Shown here piece by piece: positions 1 through 12,623 of a DNA stretch of 64,000 nucleotides; the stretch's first letter is position 1; each line of letters opens with the position of its first letter. The translations under genes were made by a program, and so were the position numbers. Origin of the DNA: Octopus vulgaris. Lineage: Eukaryota. Location: contig OX597819.1 in the NCBI GenBank assembly GCA_951406725.2, forward strand, positions 48,360,001 through 48,424,000. The letters run 5' to 3'. A model generated the notes under the pieces. That model was not told where the DNA came from. It saw only the letters and a list, made by a program, of their open reading frames with translations, and did not search any database.

Positions 1-2369
1 TTTTGCTCAATAAACACTCACAATGCCTGGTCTGGAGATCAAAACCACAATCCTACGACTGCGAGTCCGCTGTCCTAACCACTGGGCCATTGTACCTCCA
101 CACTTTATCCATAAGAGATCTAGAAAAGCACCATGGTTGAGAAGCTGGTAGAAATCCTTTTGGCAAGGGATCAAAAGGATTGGTTATAGTTTGGGATTTG
201 GGAGAATTTGAAGGCTGTGTGGTGCAGGGAGGATCCTTTGTAGTTTAGATGATGGTTTGCATATTTTTTTTTATAATGGAAGCGCCTGATTTAGTGTTTA
301 GGGTGTTGGATATATGATTGTAAGATTGTGGTTTTGATTCCTGGACTTGCTGATACATTGTTGTTCTTGAGCAAACCACTTCATTTCACATTGTTCCAGC
401 CCATTCTGCTGGTAAAAATGAGTAATCCTGTTCAGAGAGGAATATATATATATATATCCTTGGTCCAAGCCATGTCATCATGGACAGTGGATGTTAGATG
501 ATGATGCTGATCCTAGACTGAGTGGTGTGTTGTTTTCTTGAGCAAAACACTTCATCTCACTTTGCTCTGTGATCCATTCGACACCCGACACATGACACAC
601 AGTGCACCTGTTCAGACAATGTTAATTGATGGAGAGAATGAGCTGATGTGTGGCATGAACATTTGGTCACTATAAACAAATCATTTGTGCAAGTCGCTTG
701 GCAACAGCTGAATGCTCATACGACATCTTCAATGGGAGAGTCCATCATATATATATATATGCCAGAGGAACCGTGATACTACGCACTGGGGTCGATGTAG
801 TCGACTTAATCCCTTTGTCTGTCCTTGTTTGTCCCCTCTGTGTTTAGCCCCTTGTGGGTAGTAAAGAAATATATATATATATATATATGCCAGAGGAACC
901 GTGATACTGGTCCTATGCTCCTTATGGAGTAATGTGGATTAACCATGTTTTCTATAACTTTGCTTACGAAAGATTACTTTGCTGTTAGACAGGTTACATC
1001 TTTACAGTTGACTGGTCTGTATTTAGCAAGGTGTGCCAGCTATAAAAACAGCAACTTCAACAATATCCATACGTCCAAAGTCTAAACCATTGAAATAATA
1101 CTGGCATAACAAAAGGGTGTAAAAATAATGCAAACTAGTGAAATAAAACTGTTAAATATATTTGTAATTTGAATTTAATTTATTTTCAATTTTGTAAGAG
1201 ACAACTAGCTTAAATTTTGAACATAACTAAAATTTCTTACAAATTTGACTATGTTGTTAAAAACTGAAAAAGATTGTTATATTCACGTACCATATACTGG
1301 TTTTGAATTTTAGCACAAGCCATGTAGGTTCAGGGGAGGTGGGTAAGTTGATAATATCACCCCAGTGCCCTGAAAGGATGAATGACAAAGACAACTTTGG
1401 TGGAATTTGAACTCAGAATGTAAAGACGGATGAAATGCCACTAATATTTTACCTGGTGTGCTAACAATTTTGCCAGCTCATCATCTTAAAACATTTCATT
1501 GTTACTCAGCCCAACAGGCTGTGTGTCCAAGATATTTGTGTACCAAATATTCTTTTCTTCTCTAGGCACAAGGCCTGAAATATTTGGGGAGGGGGCCAGT
1601 TGATTAGATCGACCCCAGTATGCAACTGGTACTTAATTTATCAACCCCAAAAGGATGAAAGGCAAAGTTGACCTCAGTGGAATTTGAACTCAGAATGTGA
1701 AGACAAACGAAATACTGCTAAACATTTCATCCAGCTTGCTAACGTTTTTGCCAACTTGTCATCTTTCATGAACCAACAAATTCATCAGTCATTAACAATC
1801 TCTCAAATCTATTATACTTCATTTGTACTTTTCTCTTATATTTCTTGCTGACTTTATTTTCTTAACATTTAAAAAAACAAATAAAAACCCTAATAAATTG
1901 TGTGTACAGGCATTGAGGTTAATTTTCCCAAATTTGAACATTTCTATGCGTGTAAATTAATTTTAGTCTGGAAGAAATGGAGTTAATGTGCTTTGTGTAC
2001 AGTGGCATAGCATATATTTTGGTTGCCTTGTGTGGTAGCCATATTGATCACCTTCTTCCTTAACCCTGTAGCTTTTGGATTACTCTGTCAAATGTAATAC
2101 TTATTTATTCATATTGTTTTGAATTCATGTATTATCTCATAGCTTCACGATGATGTGATTGTTTATTTTTGGAATGACATTGTAGGATAGTTCTGAGAGG
2201 CTGTATATGGCCAGTTTGAAAATAAAACCTGGAGAATATTTGTGTGGTCCAAGCACTCATACATCCCACACTATTTTATTTGGTTGTATAGGGAAGGAAA
2301 TGTGCTTTAATTGATTTAAAATTCTGAAATGTTTAAAAGATTGTATTTATTTATTTACTAATTTTCCAG

Positions 2370-2560
2370 TGGTATAAAGTGAACCTAAAACGAATTCCAG
2401 AACACATGCACAAGAAATTTTACTGTTTGCACCAAGATGAGGAAACCAAAGAATTCTTAGAAGGTTGTTATGAAAAAGCTGACTGGATTTTTACTCAGAT
2501 TTTTTACTCCCTATTTCGATCAGTTTTAAGCTGGTTTATGACCAATACCTCAATTAATGC
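2370..2560 (+). CDS. METTL9: METTL9 coding exon (WYKVNLKR...TSINA)
   Basis: ttttccag acceptor at 2369; donor GC|gtaagt at 2561; overlaps ORF 2379..2564. Confidence 0.9.
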
Positions 2561-2837
2561 GTAAGTAAGAGTTTTGTATTTATCCTGCTGTATTTTCCTT
2601 TACAAAAAAAAAAGAGAAAAAAAATCAGTGTTATATTTTCATTCTGTATTTGTAAGATGAGGAATTATATTATGTATACTGTTTATATTGTGAAGGCGCA
2701 TGGCTCAGTGGTTAGAGCGTCAGGCTCACAATCATGAGATAGTGAGTTTGATTTCTGGACCAGGCTGTGTGTTGGGTTTACTTGTCCGGTTTTCCATTTT
2801 TTTCTCTTGTTGTTTATGTATTTAACTCATTTGTTTA

Positions 2838-4044
2838 TGAGAGACGTTCAATAAGTAATGCCTCTGACCCACTTGCAGTTGTTTGATCTAGCTGAAATTT
2901 TGCATGTGCAATCATTTATATCTCTATAGAGTAAGTGGCAAATTACAGCTCTGAATTAATTGTGGTTTCTGATTTACAGGTGTTTGAACCGAGTCAAGTG
3001 TGAAATGGAGCCTGTTGAGTGTCGAGCAGTGATCCGGTTTTTGTATTTGAAAGGACGCACACCACGGGAGACTTTTGATGAAATGAAAGTAACTTATGGT
3101 GATGATGCCCCATCATATGACCTTGTAAAACGCTAGCATCGTGAATTCAAACATGGTCGGAACTCTGTGGAAACAGCTCCCAGATCTGGTCGCCCCTTCT
3201 GCCATTGATGAGACGTCTGTCCGTCAAGTTGAGGCTGCCATTTTGGAAGATCGATGCATAATTATTCGCCAAATAGCCCATGAGGTCAAGATTAGTACCG
3301 GGTCTGTGGAAACTATCATTCATGACCATTTCCCAGGTTGCTCACGCCTTTCCAGAAACAAGAACGCGTCGAGTGCTCGAGGGTGAATTTGGAGATGTGC
3401 CAAGAAGATGAGTCAAAATTTTTCAAAAGACTGATTACCCAGGATGAAACCTGGGTCCATCACGATGCAGTGGAAGCACCGTGACTCACCCCCTCAAAGA
3501 AGGCAAGGGTGCAGCCCTCCGCTGGCAAGGTCATGCTCACAGTCATCTGGGACCAGGACGGAGTAGTGATGACAGATTTCCTGGCAAAGGGTACCACAAT
3601 TGCAGGAGCCTATTATGCTTCACTTTTGAGGAAATTAAGAGAAGTTATCAAAATCAAGAGGCGGGGCAAGATCAGCAAAGGCATCCTCCTCCTGCAGGAC
3701 AACGCTCCGGTCCACAACTCACTTGTCGCCAGATCAGAAGCACAGGCGTATGGCTATGAACTCCTCCCCATCCCTCCTACTCTCCTGACCTTGCACCCTC
3801 TGATTTTCACCTCTTCCCAATCATGAAGTTGTTTTTGAAAGGAAAGCGTTTCCCAGATGATGCAGCCTTGATTTCTGAAGTCACGTTGAGGTTGGAGGAC
3901 CAAGCTGGGTTCTTCTACAAAAACGGAGAAATGCGTAACTCTGGGTGGTTCCTATGTAGAAAAAAGACTAATAACTGTGTCAAGTTTCGTTGCTCTACTG
4001 CTATGGGAAGTGGGTCAGGGGCATTACTTATTGAACGCCCCTCG
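2838..4044 (+). mobile_element. Mariner DNA transposon (DD34D), near full length, inactivated transposase
   Basis: ~37 bp TIRs (CGAGGGGCGTTCAATAAGTAATGCCCCTGACCCACTT-like), TA on both sides; ATG at 3005 (MEPVECRAVIRFL), in-frame TAG at 3134, motifs QDETWV, QDNAPVH, YSPDLAPSDF across frameshifts. Confidence 0.93.
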
Positions 4045-5296
4045 TACATATTTCATGTTTGCATGTTCTGCACTCATATATATATGCATACATACAAGCA
4101 AAACACCCCCATCCAATGGACAGTGCTGAGTTCTCAAACATTTAAACCAAATTTTCTCAAAACAACTTGTCCGACTGTCCCATAGGCCTCTCCTTTGAGA
4201 AACACTGATTTAACCTGAATTTGAGACACCAGCAAAAGAAGAAATAAAGATAGACTTTTTTCTATTCCAAAGAAAAACGATTTTAAACAGTAAGCTTGGC
4301 AGGAAAGAAACGTGCCTTTAAGCAGTAAAAGCACAACAAAAAATGGAAGGTGCAGTTATGTACAGGTTGAAAAGCAGGACACAAACGGCTTTATCGATCA
4401 CATTCTCACCTGAAATCGATTTTTGTAATTTTTTCAAGATTTATACACACTCTGATACCATCGGTATCTACATATCAAATTTAAGCGCAAACGGATGGAG
4501 GATGCCTGAGATCCTAGAAGACACACACAGACACACAGAACAGATTTTATATAATAGATATAGACATACACACACATACATATACAGATACATGTATGTT
4601 TATGTATCTTTGTGCTTGTCTTCTCCTTCATTTGACAACCGGTGTTGCTTTGTTTACATCTTTGTAACTTAGTTGTTCGGCAAAAAAGAGGCCAGGTACT
4701 TTTTAAAGCCTGGTATTTATTCTATAAGTGATCACATGATCATCCAGATTATCAGATGTTGTTATACATCACCGGTCATAACGTGCTTTGCATCGTTTTA
4801 GCCTGCAAATGACACCACTCCACTGGTTAGGTGAGCAGGCCAACATTCCCCCCCTGATCGAAAGGAGGACTGGAGCAATGTGAAATGAAGTGTTTTGTCG
4901 AAGAATACAACATGCCACCTGGTCTGGGAATCAAACCCATGATCTAGCATTCGTGTGTGTAACAACCTAGCCACTAAGCTTTACGCCTTCACCATTCTAT
5001 AAGTACTAGGCTTTAAAAAAAAAGTGTAAGAACTGGGGTTGATTTGTCCAGCTAAGCCCTTCAAAGTGGTGTCCCAGCATGGCCACAACCTAATGACTTA
5101 AACAGGTAAATGCTAAAAGATTGTATCTCATTAATTGAATAATGTTACTTTAGAATTAGTGAACGGTGACTTTCACAAGTAGTTTACTATGGATGCTTAT
5201 CCTGCATATGGAAGCCAGAAAAATTGTTATTAAATCAGTAGTGAGTATACTGTTAATCAAACGTATGTTGGTTTTATTTTTGTTATTTATTTTCAG

Positions 5297-5397
5297 GTAT
5301 TTAAATCGCGGATCAATGTTTGTTTATTCTCAAGCACATTTTATGAAATTGTTAGGGTTAAAGGAAACAACAGTTTTTGAAAATTTAATCGATTTAG
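5297..5397 (+). CDS. METTL9: METTL9 coding exon (YLNRGSMFVYS...LIDLG)
   Basis: tttcag acceptor, G|gtaagt donor; phases match both neighbours; RGSMF motif. Confidence 0.92.
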
Positions 5398-5406
5398 GTA
5401 AGTTAA

Positions 5407-5946
5407 TCTTCTTTATATATAAAACTGAAGTTATGTGTGTGAGAGTCTGTCTCCTCCAATTTAGATTCCTAACTACTCCCACATTTTGCGGTGCAGTTTA
5501 ACCAAAAGTGGGTATCTTATAGTCGTGATTCATATCGAGCCCTTGTGGGTATTAGCGCGTGTCTACGATGAGTCTACAATGATAAAAAAAATTTATCATC
5601 ACTTTTTTGCACTTGATGCATTTTTGCTCGGTTTATATAAGGGAAGTAACTCTCTAAAAATGCTTATATAGTTATTTCCCTTGTATCTGTCAAACATTTA
5701 CATCTTTTTGTCTTCTTTTGACACTGTACTTTGTTATGTGTCTTGAGCCTTATTCGAATAGCAGATTTCATAAGTTCTGTTGTTTTCTTCAAATTTATAA
5801 AAATATGCGTTGTTGCGGACAATATCTTTGTTTTGATTTTTCCAAAAGTATGGATAGAATGGAATGCAATTTCGTCAAAATTAACGCTTAAACAAGTTAT
5901 TCATCAAATTTCTATCCACCCGAGCAAAGCCAGGTCAATCTGCTAG
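5407..5946 (+). mobile_element. Non-autonomous Helitron-like element
   Basis: 5' TC..TTTATATATAAA, 3' GC-rich imperfect hairpin CCCGAGCAAAGCCAGG followed by CTAG; inserted between host A and T with no TSD. Confidence 0.6.
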
Positions 5947-6039
5947 TTGCTATTAAAATAGTAGCATTAGTATTTAATTTTCCCCAAAATGTTTCTCAAA
6001 TGGATTTGTTTTGCAAGATTCCTGATGTGAAATCATGTG

Positions 6040-6410
6040 CTGAAACAGATATTGTTATTTTTTGGGATGGTCATTTTTTTTTTTTTTTTTGCCAAATAAA
6101 CATATGCACTATATTTTCGTTCTTATTTTATGTCCATTGTCTTGAAATCTTTCGTCACACACCTGTGACTCCTTCAGGAACTCTCCATCCTGTTCTGTTT
6201 AGTCCATTCTCTATGGACTAAACAGAACAGGAGGAGACACGGATGGAGAGTTGCTGGGAGGTCACAGGATGTGTGACAAAAGACTTCTAGGCAAAAATAA
6301 TCAAATAAGAACAATAATAAGTGAGTGAAGAACGAATATATAGTGCAGGTGTTAATTTGGCAAGATAAAAACCCCCACCATCCCCAAGTATAACAGTATG
6401 CTTTTCTCAA
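6040..6410. repeat. Long imperfect inverted repeat (foldback/MITE-like)
   Basis: Perfect 19-bp stem 6189-6207/6213-6231 with 5-nt loop; arms remain alignable ~170 bp each side. Confidence 0.85.
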
Positions 6411-7122
6411 ATATATTTATCAAATTATTACTAATAAATGCTAATATGTATGTAGGTCAAGACAGGCTTGTTTGTTTATTCTTTTAGCATTCAGACTATT
6501 CTGTCAAATGTAATGCTTATCTATTCATATTGTTTTGAATTAATCATGCATTATCTTGTAGTTTTGAGATATCAATGATGTGATATCTATTTATTTTTAG
6601 AATGACATATTAGGGTAGGTGTGAAAAGCTGGATCTGGCAGAATATTTGGGCCGGATATGGCCAGTTGAGAATTTCACTTTGCAACCATGTGGTTTGGGG
6701 TTCAGTCCTACTGCATGGCACCTTGGGCAAATATTTTCTACTTGAACCAGTTCCTTGTGAGTAAATTTTGTTGTGTGTGTGTTTATATCCTATGATTGCA
6801 CAAAAAATTGCTGAACTACAATTAATATTGTCTATTGTCATTTCCCTGTCAAGAAATTGTTCATTCACTCTGTTCTTTTGAAGGTGAATGGAATGGAATG
6901 AAAATTTCCTTACTTGGAAAAACAAGGAATAGCAACAGGAAATAAATCCATCTATCTGTAATACATTTCAGGATTATGAATTTGTCTAAACCACACTAGT
7001 ATAGAAAAGCATATAAAAAACACAAATACCTGTTTTGTATAAACATGTGTTATATAAACCCTTTCTGCCTTTCTCTCTTTGTAAATGGAATGAAAGAACA
7101 TAATAATTTGTCTGTTATACAG

Positions 7123-7231
7123 GAGCCGGTGATGGAATGGTTACCAAAAAAATGGCTAGCTACTTTAAAAATGTTTATGTAACAGAAGTCTCAAATCAGA
7201 TGAAAATACGGTTAAAAGAAAAAGGTTTCAT
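7123..7231 (+). CDS. METTL9: METTL9 coding exon (AGDGMVTKK...KEKGF), completes SAM-binding DLGAGDG motif
   Basis: tatacag acceptor; the frame-compatible donor is AT|gttcgt (weaker consensus). Confidence 0.88.
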
Positions 7232-8737
7232 GTTCGTATTTAATTTTACGGTTTTATTATTTTATTTAAATATTATTTGGGCTGAATCAATGCCTCACAG
7301 TTGGTTCATAAAACAATTTATAGCTGATTAACTTTGTAAAACTAGTCTGTTACTATATCATATTTATTCATGAATCGTACACTCTGCATTCTTTCCTTCG
7401 GATCAACCAATCTAAAAAACATGTTTTTCCTTATCACTTGCCAGTAAGTGCATAGGACACTTAACCTGCTAGAAACAGCAGCCAATTTGCTTTTAAATAA
7501 CTCTTTACCATCTTAGAAAAAGGAGGCCATTAAGTAATGTAGTTTATACTTGCAGTCTTGAAAATGACTGGATGATCATGGCTAGAACACGTTTGATCCT
7601 AGATTTACCCAATCAGGGCTTAAACAGCTATCTCTAGAATTGTGTCTTTCACAAACTTGCTTTTTCTCTCATTATCTTCTCTCTCTCTTTCTCTTGCTCT
7701 CCCTATTTTGTCTATTTCAGCTTTTATGCTTCTCCAAGTGTTAATAAACAATAATTAAAATTAATTACAGAACTGATATCAATAAGAGCATTAAACTTTG
7801 ATGTAACCAAAATAGAATATTTCAGATGGTGTTACTGTTTTAGTCTTGTATTAAATAGGGTGAAATGTTAATGCTTTCTGTATAAAATATGCTTTGTTAT
7901 AATTCCCTTTTCAAAAATAAATACAATGATCTTGTATTTCTTGGTTGTAAATTATTTCACTGGTGGTAACTTTCTTAGTGTAACAATGAACAGATTTTGA
8001 AGTAAAAACTTCAAAGCATATTTTCTTATATCTCTGATGAATGAAGTTCAGTCCTGAGTGATAAGACAGTTATAAGTGCAGGCATGGCTGTGTGGTTAGG
8101 AAGCTTGTTTCCCAACTGTGTTATCTTGGGTTCAATCCCACTGTATGGCAACTTGGGCAAGCATCTTCTTTAAATAACCCAAAGAACTGGGTTATTCAAA
8201 GATTTGTGAGTGGACTTGGTACATAGAAACTGAAAGATGTCCATTATATGTGTGTGTGTGTGTACCTTTCTCTAGATATCATATGTTTGTTGTAAATGAG
8301 CATCATCGTCATACAAGCGAGGTTGTTCGTTTCTAGTCATTCCTGAAAAATATGTCTGGCCATGAGAGAATATTATCCTACTTGGAAACAGGTGAGAGTT
8401 GACAACAAAAAGGGCTGCTGGCTGTAGAAAACGTGCCTCAGGTTATTCCAACTGACCCATGCAAACGTGGAAAATAAACGTTAAATGATGAGGATGATAT
8501 AAAAGTATATATATTAAAATTGCCATATATTAAACAAAATAAAGTCCACATAAGATATGGTTAAACAAAATAATTTCCTTTTTAGCTTTTCAATTTTCTG
8601 AAAAAAAAATAAAGTTATTTGAAGTTGTCAGTGTGCTGCAAAGTTATCTCCCTTGAAAATATGTTTGAGAACTACAAGATGCATGCTAACATTTTTGTGT
8701 ATCATGTTGAAAATATTTATTTATTTATACCTATTAG

Positions 8738-8922
8738 AAACCTCGCGTTGGATAGGTGGGCAAATGGAGACATAATTTACGATGTGGTAACCTGTCTGAA
8801 CCTGCTTGATCGCTGTAATGAGCCACTCACCATTTTGAAACAAATAAAAGGTGTTCTTCGGCCAGGATCAGGAATACTGATTATCGCCCTTGTTTTCCCT
8901 TTTAGTCCTTACGTGGAAGAAA
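8738..8922 (+). CDS. METTL9: METTL9 coding exon (NLALDRW...CLNLLDRC...PYVEE)
   Basis: ctattag acceptor, A|gtaagt donor; CLNLLDRC motif. Confidence 0.92.
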
Positions 8923-9491
8923 GTAAGTTTTCATTTTTTTACTCTTACATTTTTACGCTGTAATTTAAATATAAAATGGTTCTTCATTATATTGCAAGCT
9001 CTTCTATGGCTGTCATAATTAAAATACATTAGAATAGTGATTTGTATAATCGGTAATGTCATTAATGTCAAGCAAAATGCTGTGCAGTATTTAGATGACA
9101 TTAGATTTTGAGTTCAAATCTTGCCTAAGTCGACTTTGTATTTTATACTTCCAACAGTTGATGAAATAAGTACAGAGTGTGATTTAATGCACTGCATCCT
9201 TTGTTGTCTTTTGTCTTTGTGGTAAGAAATTCGTTTCCCAACCACATAGTTCCAGGTTCACTCCTAGTGTGTGACACCTTGAGCTAATGTCTTGTCCCAT
9301 TTTTGCATTTAAAAAAAAAAAAAAAAAATAATAATAATAATAATAAACATTGTGTACAGTGCTCAGGTGCACTACAACTTCTAGAGCCCTGGACTGACTA
9401 AAGCCCTGTGAGTGGGTTTGGTAGATGGAAACTGAAAGAAGTTCGTCATATATATTATATATATATATATATTATATATATATATATATTA

Positions 9492-9788
9492 TAAAAAAGC
9501 ACCATCCAAACGTGGCCGATGCCAGCGCCGCTTTGACTGGCTTCCGTGCCGGTTGCACGTTAAAAGCACCAACCGATCGTGGCCGCTGCCAGACTCCCCT
9601 GACAACTGTGCCGGTGGCACGTAAAAAGCACCCACTACACTCGTGGAATGGTTGGCGTTAGGAAGGGCATCCAGCTGTAGAAACACTGCCAGATCAGACT
9701 GGAGCCTGGTGCAGCCTCCTGGCTTCCCAGACCCGGTCGAACCGTCCAACCTGTGCTAGCGCGGAAAACAGACGTTAAACGATGATGA

Positions 9789-9791
<3 letters not shown>
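9492..9791 (+). mobile_element. SINE-like family D 3' part with (GAT)n tail
   Basis: GGTTGGCGTTAGGAAGGGCATCCAGCTGTAGAAAC...GACGTTAAACGATGATGATG; copies at 17870-18140(-), 27420-27610, 30610-30795(-), 31615-31805(-), 47626-47968. Confidence 0.78.
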
Positions 9792-9823
<32 letters not shown>

Positions 9824-10169
9824 GAAGTGCGTGTGTGGATGTGGGTGTATGTTCTCAACCATCACTTATGTGATGTCACCATAAGTTAGCAGTTCAGCAA
9901 AAAAGACCAATAAGTACTGGGGTTGATTTGAGTGACTAAACCCCTCAAGACAGTGCTCCAGCATGGCTGCAGTTCAATGACTGGAACAAGTGGAAGATAT
10001 AAGACAATATTCTGCTTGCATCAGGCTACCTGGATAAAAAAAAGTGCAACTCTTGCATTATATGTTGCTTTGTTGAAGTAAAAAGGAGAAACAAAATAAT
10101 TCAGAAATTGCTTTTGTTTTGCATAACTTTGAGATCAGGGAGTCTCCATAGGTTGAGCTGCCTACTTTT

Positions 10170-10458
10170 CCACATCGACAGGTCATAGCTCTGGTACTGC
10201 AGTCTTGTGATAAGAATGCTGAAGGAAAGAATTGAAAGATGGATTCTTCAAGTGAAGTCAGCTAGCAAGAGACCTAGGTGTAGACTAAGAACAAGATGGT
10301 TGGATGATATTCATAGCCTCAGTCAGTCGCTTTTGGGAATCTGGTCAGTAAGTATATATGACAGTTGCTTCTGATCAGACCCTATGAAAGGAGGCGTCTG
10401 AAGACTGTAGTTCCATTACCATCTCAGGAATAGAGGGCAGTGAAAATGAATGAATGTA
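10170..10458 (+). mobile_element. Degenerate RTE-like LINE 3' end
   Basis: Translates VIRMLKERIERWILQ...KRPRCRLRTRWLDDI (RTE C-terminal RPRGRPxxRW-like), ending in (GAAT)n. Confidence 0.5.
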
Positions 10459-11352
10459 TTGTATTTATTATATTACCGGAACAATTGTTTTGTAGATGTG
10501 TTTGTTCTCTGTACCACTAACCTCTCATCTGGTACCAAGCAGGCAGACTGACTGAAATAAGGAATAATGTCAAGTGTTTTATAACAGATTGACTGTTGTA
10601 TGATTATGAGATCAGTTGGCCAGCACAAATAATCTTATATTCAACTTTCTTTAATATGCTAATAATTTGGTTTGCAGGGATAACGTTTACTATAAACAGT
10701 AATAAATTTTAAATGAATTCCATGAGAAATTTCAACTGTATTTCATTAAGGTTTGTTTTTATAGAAAGTGCATATATGCTTGTGCTGTGAAGAAGTTTGC
10801 TTCTCAATCAGTTGGTTTGGGGTTCAGTCCTACTGCAAGGTACCTTAGGCAAATGTCTTCTACTATAGCCCCAGGCAAACCAAAGCCTTGTGAGAGGATT
10901 TGGTTGATTTAAACTGAAAGAAGCCCATCATGTGTGTGCACATGCATATGCATGTATATTTATGTGGGTGTCCCTGTTTGCAAAAGCTGCAGTTTTCATC
11001 TGGGGAAAATCCCTTTATAGATGCATTGTTAAAAACACAAAATATGCTTCAGAGCTAGGCAAAACAAAATCACTCCAGAAACTACCTGAAGTATATTGTG
11101 TTTTTTTCACACAATATATCTAAAAGGGGATTTTTCCTGGACAAAAACAACAGCTTCTAACATTTCAAGTACACACATTAGGTACATTGTATTGAATGAG
11201 TTTTAATACAGAGCTGCTTGTATTACATAATTTAAATACATCTACAATTGTTTTTTTTTTTTTCTAGACATTTTCATGAGAATTTAATTTTTAATTTATA
11301 CAATAAAATTTGGTAACGTATTGCTCACTATGCTGAATTTACTTTATTTTAG

Positions 11353-11591
11353 ATTCTGTGGATCATACTTCAGCTGAGAAATTAGACATTAAAGGTTCTG
11401 GTTTTGAAGAACAACTTGTAAGTTTTGTTGACAATGTCTTAGAGCCCCTCGGCTATGAGTTGATAACATTTTCACGTGCTCCTTATATATCAGAAGGTGA
11501 TATTTCAACATCCTTTTATGTAATTGATGATGCCATATTCATTTTGAAACTCACTGACAATACTACAGAATATTGCAATAATGACAAATAA
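11353..11591 (+). CDS. METTL9: METTL9 terminal coding exon (SVDHTSAEKL...PYISEGD...DDAIFILK...stop)
   Basis: ttttag acceptor at 11352; TAA ending at 11591; C-terminal METTL9 motifs. Confidence 0.92.
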
Positions 11592-12129
11592 CATTGATGA
11601 ACGAAAAAGGAAGACCAAAATATCTAATTTTATATATAAAAAGCAAAAAAAAAAAAAATAATATGTATATATATATAAAATATAATGGGCCATATTTGGC
11701 TCATGTTATACGATGCAAAAGATTCCAATGGATATAAAACGTCAGAACTAATTTCATCCCTGTCAACAAAGTATAAGTGGGATGAAATCTGTTTAAAATT
11801 TCAATAAAAACTGAGTGATGGAAACTGGGTATGATACTGAAACAGTATTAATCTAAATAATGGGCAATATTAATCTAAAATGTTGCTAGCATCAAAATGG
11901 GAAGCATTCTAAGGAATGGCCATTTTACGTATAAGGCTTCTATTGGGTCTGAAATTATTTAATTATTTTTCAACTGTACCAAGCCACTGAATCATAGTGG
12001 AAATTATACAAATCTACATTCTTCAAAAAAAAAAAAAAAAAAAAAAAATCATGCAATTATTATTATTGGTAAATATAATTAACATATTAAAAAAATAATT
12101 TTACTTTTAAAAAATTATTTTTGTTTAAT

Positions 12130-12135
12130 AATAAA
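12130..12135 (+). terminator. Candidate METTL9 polyadenylation signal AATAAA (alternative at 11803-11808)
   Basis: AATAAA in AT-rich, repeat-free sequence after the stop and followed by T/GT-rich sequence; usage not verifiable. Confidence 0.35.
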
Positions 12136-12361
12136 GAATTCTTTCGCGATGCATTCAAATGGTTGTATTATTATAAAATTTATCAAACGTTTGTATTATT
12201 TATTATTTGTTTCACTCATTGGATTGTACATATATAAGGGCACTGCTTTTAAGGGTTTTAATAAGATGATTACATAGCTTCTATTTATTTCTTGTTTCTG
12301 TTTATCACATGCCAAACTTTTTAGTTTTGTTTATATAGAGACACAACACTTATTTACAGAT

Positions 12362-12409
<48 letters not shown>

Positions 12410-12623
12410 TGTGCATAGGCATGGCTGCATGGTACAAAACTTTGCTTTGTAACTATGGTAGTCTTGGGGTCCAGTTCCATTGTGTAGCACCTTGGGCAGG
12501 TGTCTTTAACTACAGGCCAATCAAAGCTTTGTGAATGAATTTGGTAAATGGAAACTAAAAGAAGCTTGTTACGTGTGTCTATGTATATGTGAGTATGTTA
12601 TATGTGCGTATGTATTATATATA

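Larger units (their letters stand above)
2370..11591 (+). other. METTL9: METTL9 (DREV-family protein-histidine N1-methyltransferase) gene span, 3' five coding exons
   Basis: Five AG/GT-bounded exons join in frame to give WYKVNL...TSINAYLNRGSMFVYS...LIDLGAGDGMVT...YDVVTCLNLLDRC...LVFPFSPYVE...SRAPYISEGD...YVIDDAIFILK, matching METTL9 motifs as I recall them. No start exon seen in the window. Confidence 0.93.

Noticed and set aside
2692-2775. tRNA gene
   Set aside because: A/B-box-like head matches SINE family C and lacks a proper cloverleaf acceptor stem
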